A program made the position numbers and the translations under genes. From NCBI RefSeq assembly GCF_041006045.1, contig NZ_CP163133.1: DNA of 24,000 bases. The stretch is one strand, 5' to 3'. This document shows, piece by piece, positions 1-7,653 of this stretch; position 1 is the stretch's first letter; the number at the start of each line of letters is the position of its first letter. The notes beneath the pieces were generated by a model that had not been told where the DNA came from, searched no databases, and saw only the letters and a list, made by a program, of their open reading frames with translations. This DNA comes from Escherichia coli (GTDB lineage Bacteria; Pseudomonadota; Gammaproteobacteria; Enterobacterales; Enterobacteriaceae).

Positions 1-723
1 TCACCACGCGGGTGCTGAACGGCGCGTACTGGTCGGAGATATGGGTATAGAACAGCCGTCCCGGCTCGCTACCGTACTTCGGGTTGACGTGCCCGGTGCT
101 CTCGCCCCGGCCACCCGCGCGGAAGCGCTGGCCATCGGAGGATGAGGTCGTGCCGTCGCCCCAGTGGGCGGCAAAGGCGTGGCGATACTGGTGGTTGACC
201 AGCTCGGCCAAGGCCGCCGAATAGGTTTCGTCGCGGATGTGCCAGGCTTGCAGCCAGGACAGCTTGGCGTAGGTCAGGCCGGGGCTCGACTCGGCCATCT
301 TGGTCAGCCCGAGGTTGATCGCATCACCGAGGATTGCGGACAGCAGCAACGTCCTGTCTTTGGCCTCGGCCCCGTCCTTCAAGTGGGTGAAGTGGCGGCT
401 GAAGCCCGTCCAGTCGTCCACGTCCATCAGCAGTTCGGTGATCTTGATGCGCGGCAGTAACTGGCTGGTTTGGTCGATCAGCGCCTGCGCCCGATCCGGC
501 ACCGCCGCATCCAGCGGGGTGATTTTCAGCCCTGACTCGGTGAGGATGGCATCGGGCAGCTCGTTGTCCTTGGCCAGGCGGGTGACGGTGGCCAACTGCT
601 CGTCCAGCAGCTGCAAACGCTCTTCCAGGTACTGGTCGCTGTTCGGGTTGATCGCCAGGGGCAGGGCCTGCTCGCGCTTGAGTGCGGCGAACTTCTCGGC
701 CGGCAGCAGGTAGTCGTCGAAGT
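1..723 (-). pseudogene. tnpA: Tn3-family transposase TnpA, internal fragment (runs off window at 1, cut by IS26 at 723)
   Basis: Minus-strand frame reads [43 protein letters not shown]...[88 protein letters not shown], typical of Tn21/Tn1721-type TnpA. The listed ORFs here are off-frame. Confidence 0.88.
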
Positions 724-1543
724 GGCACTGTTGCAAATAGTCGGTGGTGATAAACTTATCATCCCCTTTTGCTGATGGAGCTGCACATGAACCCATTCAA
801 AGGCCGGCATTTTCAGCGTGACATCATTCTGTGGGCCGTACGCTGGTACTGCAAATACGGCATCAGTTACCGTGAGCTGCAGGAGATGCTGGCTGAACGC
901 GGAGTGAATGTCGATCACTCCACGATTTACCGCTGGGTTCAGCGTTATGCGCCTGAAATGGAAAAACGGCTGCGCTGGTACTGGCGTAACCCTTCCGATC
1001 TTTGCCCGTGGCACATGGATGAAACCTACGTGAAGGTCAATGGCCGCTGGGCGTATCTGTACCGGGCCGTCGACAGCCGGGGCCGCACTGTCGATTTTTA
1101 TCTCTCCTCCCGTCGTAACAGCAAAGCTGCATACCGGTTTCTGGGTAAAATCCTCAACAACGTGAAGAAGTGGCAGATCCCGCGATTCATCAACACGGAT
1201 AAAGCGCCCGCCTATGGTCGCGCGCTTGCTCTGCTCAAACGCGAAGGCCGGTGCCCGTCTGACGTTGAACACCGACAGATTAAGTACCGGAACAACGTGA
1301 TTGAATGCGATCATGGCAAACTGAAACGGATAATCGGCGCCACGCTGGGATTTAAATCCATGAAGACGGCTTACGCCACCATCAAAGGTATTGAGGTGAT
1401 GCGTGCACTACGCAAAGGCCAGGCCTCAGCATTTTATTATGGTGATCCCCTGGGCGAAATGCGCCTGGTAAGCAGAGTTTTTGAAATGTAAGGCCTTTGA
1501 ATAAGACAAAAGGCTGCCTCATCGCTAACTTTGCAACAGTGCC
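724..1543 (+). mobile_element. IS26 (IS6 family), complete, 820 bp
   Basis: Terminal inverted repeats GGCACTGTTGCAAA at 724 and TTTGCAACAGTGCC ending at 1543; length exactly 820 bp; intact transposase inside. Confidence 0.97.
787..1491 (+). CDS. tnpA: IS26 transposase (234 aa; the track ORF from 769 uses an upstream start)
   Basis: [35 protein letters not shown]...[10 protein letters not shown] matches IS26/IS6 family DDE transposase. Confidence 0.96.
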
Positions 1544-1864
1544 ACGAACAGCACCTTCAGATAATGGTATCCAGTCAATTTGTGCCTTCATAATACCAGT
1601 CATCGCTCCATGTCGTTCCGGAGAGCACCACACCATTCCTTCAGACCAGCGAACCAGTTCACGCAACTCCATAACTTTTGGATGTGATTCCGGTGCATCA
1701 TCAGGAAGTGGAAGGCCAGATGGATTAAAAATGCGGACGTCTGCGCCCATTGCAGTTAACAAACGGCCTGCTTCCTCTGTCGCCAGTCGACTGTATGAGC
1801 GCTCACGAACTGAGCCATAAAGCATTAGAATACGAGGTGGGTGAGATATTGCCGGTATCCCCAT
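1544..1864 (-). pseudogene. arsH: ArsH (NADPH-dependent FMN reductase-type arsenical resistance protein), 3' end replaced by IS26
   Basis: [104 protein letters not shown] is ArsH-like; reading frame enters IS26 at 1543. Confidence 0.87.
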
Positions 1865-2024
1865 TTTTTGCTCAGTTATTGCAGTATCAGATAAATCAGG
1901 AACTATATTATTTAACCTATTAATTTTTATGATTTTCTCTATATATTCTTGGCTTAATTAGGTGTGCTTCGCACGGGTAGATACAGCATTCGTCAATCAT
2001 GACAGTTATGAGTTTTCCGGTTAC

Positions 2025-2348
2025 TTACCCATTTTTGCCAGCGGGTTCCGCAACATCTGTTTTACTGTTTACACAGCACTCTTCACGTAAGAATTCGATG
2101 ATAGCTTCCAGTATTTCATATTGAGAGACGCACATGAGCGTTCGACTCTCCCGGTTTTGTGTGACGAGTCCTACTGATACCAGGGCTGAAATATGATGAC
2201 TTAACGTTGATGAAGGAATGCCAAGCTGCTTTTGCAATTCACCTACAGGTAAACCTTGTTCTCCAGCTTTTACAAGATGTTTGAATATGAACAAACGGGT
2301 CGGGTGACCCAGTTCTTTTAGAGCTTTAGCTACTTCTTCCAGTTGCAT
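2025..2348 (-). CDS. arsR: ArsR/SmtB-family metalloregulator
   Basis: 107 aa wHTH (LKELGHPTRLFIFKHLVKAGEQGLPVGELQKQLGIPSSTLSHHISALVSVGLVTQNRESRTLMC...REECC); divergent from permease gene. Confidence 0.9.
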   Translation of the reverse strand: MQLEEVAKALKELGHPTRLFIFKHLVKAGEQGLPVGELQKQLGIPSSTLSHHISALVSVGLVTQNRESRTLMCVSQYEILEAIIEFLREECCVNSKTDVAEPAGKNG

Positions 2349-2414
2349 GTGACAACCCTCTGCCTGATGATATTTCGATAATACCAGAAATATCTTGACT
2401 ATAATTATATTTCG

Positions 2415-2430
2415 ATTATTCTAGAATAAT
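2415..2430. promoter_or_regulatory. Candidate ArsR operator: perfect 16-bp palindrome ATTATTCTAGAATAAT in divergent intergenic region
   Basis: Perfect dyad between arsR (start 2348, minus) and permease (start 2453, plus). Confidence 0.5.
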
Positions 2431-2452
2431 AGATTCTGTCAAGAGGTTTAGT

Positions 2453-3532
2453 ATGAATAGTTGGATTCCTATGTTGCAAGATGCCGCAGAGATGTTTGTT
2501 TTTCTGGCTGTTGAGCTTTCATTGCTGTTTATTGTCATTAGTGCCGGTGTGAGCCTGATAAGGCAAAAAGTCCCGGATCATAAAATTCAGCAGATGATGG
2601 GGGCGAGAAAAGGTAAGGGGTATCTGTTGGCCTCGTTGCTGGGAGCCGTTACCCCTTTCTGTAGTTGCTCAACAATTCCAATGTTGCGAGGATTGTTGTC
2701 TGCGAAAGCGGGGTTTGGTCCGACACTCACTTTTTTGTTTGTTTCACCGTTGCTTAATCCCATTATCGTGGGACTAATGTGGGTTACCTTTGGCTGGAAA
2801 GTAACTTTGCTGTATGCGATCATCGCTGCCGGTGTTTCAGTTCTTTCCAGTATTATACTGGATTATTTAGGGTTTGAACGTCATATTGTTGAATACAAAA
2901 ATTCAGTATCAGGTAGTTGCGCCACCAAGTGCGGTGATTCTGAAGCTTCGGTAAAAACGAATTGCTGTACTTCATCAGCAAAAACCATAATTAACTTAAA
3001 GACAGTAAAGAAAGAGCAAAATATATCGGCGTGTTGTCCCTCAATTCTATCAGAAAAATCTTCTGAAAGTTGTTGCAGCAGCGAGAGTCAGGGCAACAGA
3101 AATCTCACAATGAATGCCACCTCTGGTCTAATAAAATTAGCAATGAAAGATGCCTTACAACAGTTTAAGGATGTTCTGCCTTATCTTTTGTTAGCTATAT
3201 TAATAGGTTCATTTATTTATGGTTTTATCCCTTCAGAGTGGATTGCAGCTCATGCCGGTGCAGATAATCCATTAGCCATACCGCTCAGTGCTGTTGTTGG
3301 TATTCCGCTGTATATTCGTGCTGAGGCCGTAATACCACTTGCATCAGTTCTGATGACTAAAGGTATGGGCCTCGGAGCTTTAATGGCCTTGATAATCGGT
3401 AGTGCTGGAGCGAGTCTGACAGAAGTAATATTGCTTAAATCAATGTTCAGAATGCCCATGATAATCGCATTTCTGACGGTTATCTTAGGTATGGCAATCC
3501 TTATGGGATATTTAACGCAATTTTTGTTTTAA
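2453..3532 (+). CDS. ArsP/SO_0444-like permease (DUF318 family), with Cys-rich central loop
   Basis: 359 aa polytopic membrane protein; ...GAVTPFCSCSTIPMLRGLLSAKAGFGPTLTFLFVSPLLNPIIVGL... and C-terminal repeat-like ...YIRAEAVIPLASVLMTKGMGLGALMALIIGSAGASLTEVILL... are characteristic of this permease family. Confidence 0.85.
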   Translation: MNSWIPMLQDAAEMFVFLAVELSLLFIVISAGVSLIRQKVPDHKIQQMMGARKGKGYLLASLLGAVTPFCSCSTIPMLRGLLSAKAGFGPTLTFLFVSPLLNPIIVGLMWVTFGWKVTLLYAIIAAGVSVLSSIILDYLGFERHIVEYKNSVSGSCATKCGDSEASVKTNCCTSSAKTIINLKTVKKEQNISACCPSILSEKSSESCCSSESQGNRNLTMNATSGLIKLAMKDALQQFKDVLPYLLLAILIGSFIYGFIPSEWIAAHAGADNPLAIPLSAVVGIPLYIRAEAVIPLASVLMTKGMGLGALMALIIGSAGASLTEVILLKSMFRMPMIIAFLTVILGMAILMGYLTQFLF

Positions 3533-3541
3533 TCCTTATGA

Positions 3542-3575
3542 GAAGGGATTTTTGCGTCAATATGAAAATCCCTTC
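3542..3575 (+). terminator. Hairpin just downstream of permease gene (11-bp perfect stem)
   Basis: GAAGGGATTTT (3542-3552) ... AAAATCCCTTC (3565-3575), 12-nt loop; no strong U-tract follows. Confidence 0.45.
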
Positions 3576-3824
3576 AGTCTTACGGCGCGGTTCTAACGGT
3601 GTAGCCCTTTTATTGTTATCCCTAAACCACCTCCTAGGGAGGTGGTGATTGATCCTGTAAGGCTATAGCCTGAAGAATGCCCATGTCGGAATATCTCTGC
3701 TTACTGACCACAAGTAAAAGCAACTGTTCTACCAGCAGCCTGCAAAAAACATATAAGCTGATCTGAAAGGAATACTTCACAATGAATATTATTGTGTTTG
3801 TAACCTGCTGTTATCGCGATGAAA

Positions 3825-4442
3825 TTACCGTTCAGTTTTTTCGGTTGACGCGGACTGTTCCTGCATGGTTTTCATCTTTAGCTTCTGTTGTTCCCTTACT
3901 GCCAGCCAGCGTCTGGCATTCAGCGCATCGCATTCTGATACCTGACCTGCTGGTAGTCCATCCAGTCCATAACGAGGGATACCTGCGACAGCAGTACGCT
4001 GCAGATATACCTGTCGGGTGGTGATGCAGGATATTGCACAGGACCATTCATCCAGTGTCAGTTCTGTCTCAGGGTGTTCTGTCAGGAATGCGGCAAAATC
4101 ATTGGTTATGCCAATTTTCAGTGGAAGAAATCCTCCGCCTTCTGCGCGAAGATGGGGAAACAGAGACTTCACTTTTTCCACGCAATCGTGAGTAAATTCA
4201 TGAGTCCAATGAGGCTGGCGTGGAAAACGGCGTCTTTTCTTTTTTTTCTTACAGGCAGGAGCATCAGGGGTATGAGTATCGACGGCAGGCGAACTGATCC
4301 CCTCAGAGACTGATTCTTCCATCTTTTCTGTCTCTGAACGTGCGATAACACCTGTTTTTTCAGATAAGGAAGGGGGTAAAAGAGTGCGACGTTTTTTCAC
4401 CATAATGATGGGTGTTTTCTTTTCTTCCTGATATTTCCCCAT
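3825..4442 (-). CDS. ProQ/FinO-domain RNA-binding protein
   Basis: 205 aa with Lys/Arg-rich N-terminal region (CKKKKKRRRFPRQP) followed by VEKVKSLFPHL...PLKIGITNDFAAFL...ELTLDEWSCAISCITTRQVYLQRTAVAGIPRYGLDGLPAGQVSECDALNARRWL, consistent with the ProQ/FinO domain. Confidence 0.78.
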   Translation of the reverse strand: MGKYQEEKKTPIIMVKKRRTLLPPSLSEKTGVIARSETEKMEESVSEGISSPAVDTHTPDAPACKKKKKRRRFPRQPHWTHEFTHDCVEKVKSLFPHLRAEGGGFLPLKIGITNDFAAFLTEHPETELTLDEWSCAISCITTRQVYLQRTAVAGIPRYGLDGLPAGQVSECDALNARRWLAVREQQKLKMKTMQEQSASTEKTER

Positions 4443-4588
4443 AAAAACCTCTACGATGTGTTCTTATATAATAATATATATCATATTTTCACGATTAACA
4501 TAATATCTTCGTTAAGAAAACAACAGAGCAAAATTTGTTTTTTTTTGACAGGCATGAAATGAGCCAGCATAATTATATTAATTATTAT

Positions 4589-4620
4589 CCCAAATGAGTT
4601 TTTGTATTTGCTCATTCGGG
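4589..4620 (-). terminator. Hairpin immediately downstream of the ATPase-TOPRIM gene
   Basis: CCCAAATGAG (4589-4598) / CTCATTCGGG (4611-4620), 10-bp stem with one mismatch. Confidence 0.4.
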
Positions 4621-4633
4621 ATGGTTGGATATT

Positions 4634-6196
4634 TTAAGTTATATCTACTGTATCATTCTCAGGTAATCGTTCCATTAAATCAGAAACTACGGGCTGTAAC
4701 CAGTCAGTGACTTCACTCACATACTGATGCCATTCGGGATGCCTGGAGGCCAGATCCATCACTCGTGTTAACCCGGACGGACGATCAATGCCCAATTTAG
4801 TTAAAATATTCGAGATATAATTATGAGCATCAAGTTCAACTCTGATATCCCTTGCTGCTTCGATTATTTCTAAATATTCGCCACCCAATCCGTCCAGTGG
4901 GACATTTGTAATAAGATAATGAATGTATTGTTCAGGCTTAACCCCATTTGGGAGATTAAATTGTTTTACTTTTCCTTCCGCTGCCGCTTTTAACTCATAA
5001 GTTCGTGATTCTGTGCCGGTGAAAACTTTATCAAGAGCAGTTTTCTTTTCATTTTCTGTGGAATATTTATCGCCATCAAGAATATAAAGTTTACCAGATA
5101 GATTGTCACCACGAATAAGGGTACTGGCAAGTAGAGTGAATGCGTTTGAAGCTGCGCCAAATTTAAATATTTTTACATATTTGCTGGCCTTAAGTGAAGA
5201 ACATATTTTATTTATTATGGCAACAGCTAAGTCATCTTCTACATATATTTCAATAGGCGTCGTTGATTCACCTGTTAATCTGTTTATAGCATCAGGTTTT
5301 GTTTCTTCAAATGAATAACTACGGCCTTGAATGTTTACGACGTGTCTTATATTTATCTTGTCTGATAAAGTGGTTATCATTTCTCTATGGGTAGTAAAGA
5401 TGATTTGTTTGTTTTTATCTTTGGCATGAGATGATATGACTTCTATTAACTTTTTCAATGCTTCGTCATGCAACAATAAATCTAATTCATCAATTAATAT
5501 TAAGGCGTTCTTGTCCGCTTTCAATATTGTTTCCAGAATTAAAAATATCTTTTGCTCTCCTGCGCTCATACTCAATGATGAGTAGGCCAGTCCCCCTGAC
5601 TCAACTCCAATCAATATTTTTCCATTGGGTTGTTGATGCTGATTGAAACTTGTGTATGGTTTATTAAGTATATAGGAGGCGTAATGAAGAATGTTTGTTA
5701 TTAAATCATTACTGACACTGCTGGTTTCATACTGAATATTATTCTTTTTTTCTGATTCTATTATAGGAACACATTTATCAATGCCAAGATAGTAAACTTC
5801 TCTTAAAGGACGACGAGCATAAATCTGAATCCATCGTGAGCCTCGAATATCTGCTTTTCCATAATTTTTCAATTCATTTTCAATCATTACCCCATCTTTA
5901 CGATAAGTTAAATTTACAATGAAGTCACTGCCGTTCCATTCAGCATGTGGGCTGCGTGGAAAAAAATGCATTAACCGATGGTCTTCACCGGGGAAACCTT
6001 CTTCAGGCATGTATATGCTTGCTATAGCATGGAGTATTGTTGATTTTCCGCTTCCATTTGGACCTAAAATTGCGGTTAACGCATGAGGTTTAAAAATAAT
6101 CTCGTTTAATCCATTTATACATTTTAGTTTGTTAATTTTAATGGAGTTCAAGACTTGACCAGTAATGGTTTTTTTATTTTTTTCTGCCATTTTCAA
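4634..6196 (-). CDS. AAA ATPase with C-terminal TOPRIM-like domain (OLD-family-like nuclease)
   Basis: Walker A ILGPNGSGKSTILHAI, signature-like SLSMSAGEQKIFLIL, Walker B ALILIDELDLLLH, then TOPRIM-like IEIYVEDDLAVAII...KLYILDGDKYS. Confidence 0.8.
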   Translation of the reverse strand: MKMAEKNKKTITGQVLNSIKINKLKCINGLNEIIFKPHALTAILGPNGSGKSTILHAIASIYMPEEGFPGEDHRLMHFFPRSPHAEWNGSDFIVNLTYRKDGVMIENELKNYGKADIRGSRWIQIYARRPLREVYYLGIDKCVPIIESEKKNNIQYETSSVSNDLITNILHYASYILNKPYTSFNQHQQPNGKILIGVESGGLAYSSLSMSAGEQKIFLILETILKADKNALILIDELDLLLHDEALKKLIEVISSHAKDKNKQIIFTTHREMITTLSDKINIRHVVNIQGRSYSFEETKPDAINRLTGESTTPIEIYVEDDLAVAIINKICSSLKASKYVKIFKFGAASNAFTLLASTLIRGDNLSGKLYILDGDKYSTENEKKTALDKVFTGTESRTYELKAAAEGKVKQFNLPNGVKPEQYIHYLITNVPLDGLGGEYLEIIEAARDIRVELDAHNYISNILTKLGIDRPSGLTRVMDLASRHPEWHQYVSEVTDWLQPVVSDLMERLPENDTVDIT

Positions 6197-6452
6197 ATCC
6201 TAGCATTATGTTGGGGGGATTCACCATGTAATTCAGAAACATATAACTGTGAACAGGGGATATATCAAATCCTTTTAATATTCTATTTGGCACAGTATTC
6301 TACATCAGGCCTCTTTTATGCTACAGACTTTTTGAGATGTCTGTAATTTTAGACTTAATGTTATGACTGATCATATCTCCTATCCACTGGTGGCGCAGGA
6401 AAGTTAACCAGCTGCCACCATGGGATGATGTGTAAACCGTGCTGGTATGTTT

Positions 6453-7043
6453 TTACGGGGTGACGCTTTCATTAACCTGTACACGAACCTCCATTCCGGC
6501 ATCGTGACAGGCCTGCAGCCACTGCGCCACTTCCAGCGGATCGCCCTCCAGGCGTACCACCCTGCCTTCTTTATTCCATAACTGCAGACAGGTGCTGCCG
6601 TCGAGACGTACCACAAAATCCCCACGGCAGGCCTGATACGTTATGCCGTTCAGCTGCACCGCCAGATCAGTGGCAGAAGTGCCGTCTGCGGGCAGACCTG
6701 CTGCCGGGACCAGCGGCAGTACGACGACTTCTGCCGCACGCTGTTCTGCCCGGAGGCGGTCCTGTTCTGCCAGCAGCAGAGGCTGTGCCACGGCCCGGCC
6801 GGCGTCCGTCAGCTCGACAGCCAGCTGCAGATTCGGGGCGCGCAGGGTACGCAGCCAGCCGGCATCCTCCAGACGACGGCAGGAGGCGCGCAGGTTTGGC
6901 CCGTAGACCGGGGCTTCCCCGCTTCGCTCCAGCACCCGTTCCAGGTCCCGCGTCAGCACGGGGCCCGGCCGTTTTTCATCAAGCGCAGCCAGCACAATCA
7001 GCACTCTCCGCTGCAGTGGCGACGGTCGGCGGCTCTGGGTCAT
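6453..7043 (-). CDS. Hypothetical protein (196 aa), possible N-terminal winged-helix
   Basis: GC-rich ORF, LQRRVLIVLAALDEK...LTRDLERVLE...LRASCRRLEDAGWLRTLR looks wHTH-like; 1-nt TAATG overlap with upstream gene. Confidence 0.6.
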   Translation of the reverse strand: MTQSRRPSPLQRRVLIVLAALDEKRPGPVLTRDLERVLERSGEAPVYGPNLRASCRRLEDAGWLRTLRAPNLQLAVELTDAGRAVAQPLLLAEQDRLRAEQRAAEVVVLPLVPAAGLPADGTSATDLAVQLNGITYQACRGDFVVRLDGSTCLQLWNKEGRVVRLEGDPLEVAQWLQACHDAGMEVRVQVNESVTP

Positions 7044-7300
7044 TACCTGTCATCCTCCGGCCAGATGAGGTTTCTGAGGCGCTGAAAGTCGGCGTCAATG
7101 AGCTCCTGTCTCTTTATGGCATTCATTGAGGCATAGCCATTTATGGCCAGTTCATGCCAGAAGATCAGCACGGCTCCGGCTTTGGCTGACTCGCAGAGAT
7201 AAATCGCGCCCTGGCTGTCCAGATTGCATTCCCGGATGCGTTTTTCCGCAAACCGGGTCAGTTGTTCATAGCTGAGTGAAAACACCCTTTCTTCATCCAT
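7043..7300 (-). CDS. Hypothetical protein (85 aa), first gene of the two-gene operon
   Basis: Overlaps start of the downstream 196-aa gene (TAATG). Confidence 0.55.
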   Translation of the reverse strand: MDEERVFSLSYEQLTRFAEKRIRECNLDSQGAIYLCESAKAGAVLIFWHELAINGYASMNAIKRQELIDADFQRLRNLIWPEDDR

Positions 7301-7378
7301 CCTGCACGCTCCATCTGATAATGTACTGACAGGTAAAAATAATATCCTGCATGATTTGTGTGCTCATGATTTCTGATA

Positions 7379-7425
7379 ATATCAGATATTGTTTTATCAT
7401 CAATGATGAAAACCATATCTGATAT
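7379..7425. promoter_or_regulatory. Large dyad in divergent intergenic region
   Basis: ATATCAGATAT (7379-7389) and ATATCTGATAT (7415-7425) are a perfect 11-bp inverted repeat, extended inward by GTTTT/AAAAC after one mismatch. Confidence 0.5.
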
Positions 7426-7653
7426 GATTTTATATATATTTCTTAATTATCATATCATTTGCGTCTTTTCTGCCGCGCAGATCCAGTTTCCGGCTAAGTC
7501 GGATCGACCTAATCTTTGTTTCTGATATGAACACCTCGGAGAGGTGTAAGCAATGGTATAAACGAAATGTATTATGTATCTGCATCACAGCATGCGGGCA
7601 CATTTTGCGGAAGGATATGAATCCCCCCGGAATAACTGGCAAAGGACAGATAA

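Noticed and set aside
526-1314. Long minus-strand ORF (262 aa) across the tnpA/IS26 junction
   Set aside because: Antisense shadow of the IS26 transposase and tnpA; it crosses a known element boundary and has no family similarity.
1497-1864. 160-aa ArsH ORF as a full-length gene
   Set aside because: Its C-terminal ~50 residues are translated IS26 sequence, so I report only the arsH part as a pseudogene.
3782-4024. 80-aa plus-strand ORF with plausible Shine-Dalgarno
   Set aside because: Fully antisense to most of the FinO-domain core, whose coding signal is clearly better.
4634-6420. Retron (OLD-type effector plus msr-msd)
   Set aside because: No reverse transcriptase gene is present on either side and no convincing msr-msd structure was seen upstream of 6196.
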